The translations under genes and the position numbers were made by a program. The notes beneath the pieces were generated by a model that was not told where the DNA came from, made no database searches, and saw nothing but the letters and a program-made list of their open reading frames with translations. Positions 60,127 through 64,000 of a stretch of DNA of 64,000 nucleotides are shown here, in pieces (the first letter of the stretch is position 1; every line of letters begins with the position of its first letter). The stretch is from the human T2T-CHM13v2.0 reference genome, Homo sapiens. The DNA is taken from assembly GCF_009914755.1 (NCBI RefSeq), contig NC_060925.1. One strand, 5' to 3'.

Positions 60127-61659
60127 TGAGCCACCACACTGGGCCTGAGACTTAATATTCTTCTGGACATTCTGAGGAGAAATTGGAAGTGAAATTGACG
60201 AATACACAGGCTAGCATGCTAGCAGTTCTGATGCACTGCACATCCCCAGCCTCACCAAAGTTCAAACAAAAGGCATCTGCGGCACTGAACTATACTTGCC
60301 ACAAAATAAGAAATTGGAATGTCTTTAGATAAATGAGTGCATCTGGGGACAAAGAAGCAAGTTATTTGGAGCTTTCAAGAGTAAATGCTCTTAAGCTCCT
60401 GTCTTATTCTTTCTTCCCAAGGACAAACTGGATTTTGAAATCAATATGTAGAATCTCATATGTGGAATGACTGGCTGCTCATGAGTTATACTCAAAATTA
60501 AGTAGTTTAATTTTGTCTCTTTTCTAAATGCTCCATCAAAGCCAATGTGAATTTCTCTGTCTTGAAAACAGTAGGTATGTGGTTTAAGGTCAGCAGTTAT
60601 AGAGGCTAGTTTGAATTATTTATTCTGGGCAAGCTCCAGAGGCAAGCACTCGGGTATATGTTCCATGCCAGAAACAGCTAGTGCAGAAAGAAACAATTGT
60701 CATCAAATAGTGAATTATTGCTACCTCCATGGTTTTGTTCTTTATACATGTAACCTGGGGGTGGATCAGGGACCACACAGATAGGCTCTTACTAAAAAGG
60801 AACTTAAGGTTAAGTTCTTTTTTAGGTGTGTGAGGTTGAGTGTTTTGACTTTTGGAGAAGCACAAAATCATCATCAGTTGCAGGTCTGGGGGAAAGCAGT
60901 GCATCATGTCGGCAGGAGCGTTACCTTTTGGGCCCCGCTCCTGCACGTGCACCAGCTTTCTCACACCTTTTCCAGACCTCAGTCACTTGTCTCACCCGCC
61001 AAATGTGTACCATTTCCCGAAGTGCCCCTGAGTGCAAAAGACTATAAAACCCAGGGAGGAGAGGAGAAGTTTGAAAACTACCTCATGTCTTCCCCTGTTG
61101 AAAGCTGCAGTATTTTTGCGTTTGGGCAGCCTTTATTTAGAGAAGGCCCTAAGACTTTTCTTAGTTCAGTGAAGGGATTTTGTAAAGATAAATCCCAATT
61201 TACAGAAATGACTGTTCATTTTGACCAGAAGTCCTTTCCTGTGTCTAATTTAAGTTCTATCTGATGTAAGACTTGTTAGTGAAATGGTTACTGAGGCTGG
61301 TGGAAGAATTGAAGAACAGCATTTCTTCTGCAGCTCTTGAATGCAGGGGTGTGGCTTTTAGAAGGTCTTTGGCTACAGAAACAAACCTGTTCTGTTTTCT
61401 TTCTCTCTCCATTAAGCCAGAACGTTTCCTTTCTCATTGCTCTTCCTACCTTTCTTCCAACCCCCAATAAAAGAGTTTGGGCAAAAGAACTAGAAACTAA
61501 ACTCCCAAGTCTCCAGTTTGCCATCCATGGTGGGAGTTCCATGGCTAGGCAGGGGCTGCCAATTTACTGCAGAGACAGCTGGCTACATATATGAGGATTC
61601 CTTGTGGTAAGCCAAAGTCCTTGGGCCCTGCATTTACTATATGGTTTTTAAAAGTGAGT

Positions 61660-61910
61660 GATTCAGAGCACTGCCTTTGACGGTGAACAGAGCTGGACTC
61701 CAGTCCTACCCCCACCTCTTAACCAGTTGTGGGAGTTTAAGCCAGTTTCTTAGAAGCGTTGTGCCTCGTTCCCCTTATCTGTAAAATGGAAATAGTCATG
61801 CTTACCTTATATGTTTGTTGAGATAATTAGATAAGCTGATGCATATAAAGTAATAAGCACAGTGCCCAGCACAGTGCTCAACACATTTTGGCTGCTATTA
61901 GCTATTGTTA
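61660..61910. mobile_element. MIR (further MIR fragments at ~13360-13500, 20810-20930, 33900-34070, 57020-57310, 62960-63100)
   Basis: ttgtgcctcgttccccttatctgtaaaatggaaata...gcatataaag..agcacagtgcccagcacagtgctcaa. Confidence 0.65.
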
Positions 61911-63639
61911 TGGGCACTCAGAATGGAGCACCCTCTTCCCACTCCCTTCTCTATCTGGGACAATTCAAGATGGGGCATGGGGAATGTTAGTAGCGAGAAG
62001 TAACCCCAGTGAGCTATTTTAGGGCTAGCCCTAGAGACTGGGATTCCTAGTTGGATTTTGCTTAGAAACAACATACAATGTTCTGAAACTATGATTAAAT
62101 GAAAAGTGCAGGCCAGGCATGGTGGCTTATGCCTGTAATCCCAGCACTTTGGGAGGCCAAGGCGGGTAGATCACCTCAGGTCAGGAGTTCAAGACCAGCC
62201 TGACCAACATGGTGAAACCCCGTCTCTACTAAAAATACAAAAATTAGCCAGGCATGGTGGTTTGTGCCTGTAGTCCCAGCTACTCGGGGGACTGAGACAA
62301 AAGAATCACTTGAACCCAGGAGGTGGAGGTTGCAGTGAGCCAAGATCACACCACTTCACTCCAGCCTGGGCAACAGAGCAAGACTCCGTCTCAACAAAAA
62401 AAAAAAAAAAGAAAGAAAACTTCATTCAGCTAGAGTCTATTGGACTTGGATTCTGAGCAGTTCTGCCCCTCACTGACTGTGTGATCCTGGGAAGTCTTGA
62501 TGTCACCTGATGTCTCCCCATCACTGTCCCCATTGTGTCTTTGTTTCTTCCAATTGGTTTATGGTGGTTCTTTTTAACTTTCCCAGGAGAGGACTCCCTT
62601 TACCTGGAGAACAATAATGACAAAGTCTTGTAGGAGGTTTTATAGGGGACAAAGAGCCTGTCTGGCTTAAATGAAGAGAATGAAGTAGGAAACAGTCAAG
62701 AGAAACCTTTTTGTTTGATTGAGAAGTTTTGACCCTCCCAGAAAGTATATAGTGTTAACTGACCAACAATGAGCATCATTCCTGAATGAGGGTTGTCCTT
62801 GGCCCACTGATTCCACCTATAGTGTAGTTCCAGTGGTTGTGTAGGAATTCATGCAACAATCTATGGCAAACTGAATTACTTCTCAGATAATTTTCTTTAG
62901 GACTTAGTATGTTGGCTTCATGCCAAGGGGAATGGCAGTATTGGGAAAACTGCAGATGTTCTGGAAGCAGAGCACTTGAGTTCAAATCTTGACTACTCCT
63001 CTTACAGGCAAATTACTAAATTTCTTTTAGCCTCTGTTTCCTTCTCTGCATGACAGCAATGATAGTACTTACTTCACAAGATTACTGTGAGCACCAAGTG
63101 GAATCATTTCTGCTGGAGAGAAGGAAACACTTCAGTTTTTAGAAGTCTAACTTATTTGGGTGGATGGGTAAAGGAAATGGCAATTTCATTTCCTCTGGGC
63201 CCTTTGGCCGATCAATGGACTGAACTTTATCCTTGGGGAACAGCTGTGGCTTTTTCATAAATTCAAACATCAGTCTAATTTTCCCAAGGTTCCTCCAGGT
63301 TTACTCTAAAGGGAGCCCCTTCTTTGAATTGTTGTTGGTCTGAAGAGGGACCAGCAGCTGCTTGCCTGCAAAAATGTATTGCAGCCTCTGTGGGCATTCC
63401 CTGGACACTGCACACACTGCTATCCCCAAGCAGTCACAAACTAGGATGCTTTGATAATGAGAGTTTGAATATTTTATGTATCTTGTTTTCCAATTATACT
63501 TAAGAATTCAATAAGCTGAGTAGTGGGAAGCTGAATTACTAGACTGGCAAAGGAATGAACAGAAAAACCTAAAAAATTTAAAAAGAGGATTAAGAAAACT
63601 GTCCTTGCTCAGTTTGGGAGCCTGGCTTACTTTTCTTAG

Positions 63640-63972
<333 letters not shown>

Positions 63973-64000
63973 TGACCTCAGGTGATCTGCCCGCTTTGGC

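Noticed and set aside
60620-61594. Overlapping 114-144 aa ORFs downstream of LRIG2
   Set aside because: No recognisable domain, mostly non-ATG starts, no convincing splice structure

Overview
Primate (human-like), Alu-dense genomic DNA. The + strand carries 17 coding exons (exons 2-18; exon 1 lies upstream of the window) of LRIG2, a type I membrane protein with LRRs, an LRRCT cap, 3 Ig domains, a TM helix and a cytoplasmic tail. All introns are GT-AG, and the exons join into one open frame of 2959 nt ending at TGA 48030-48032. A probable ~8.2-kb 3'UTR runs to AATAAA 56172 and contains an antisense, decayed RLIM/RNF12 retrocopy plus Alus in both orientations. The most unusual structure is in intron 17: a ~140-bp copy of the LRIG2 stop-codon/3'UTR region enclosed by 44-bp inverted repeats with TGTCCCA junction repeats, which looks like a template-switch 'captured exon' fold-back cassette. 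The rest is about 60 Alus, L1 3' ends, MaLR LTRs, a sense ERV1 LTR with a tRNA-His-like PBS, MIR/L2/MER5 remnants and microsatellites. Most long ORFs in the supplied track are Alu/L1 artefacts. Repeat subfamily names and boundaries were judged by eye and are approximate.
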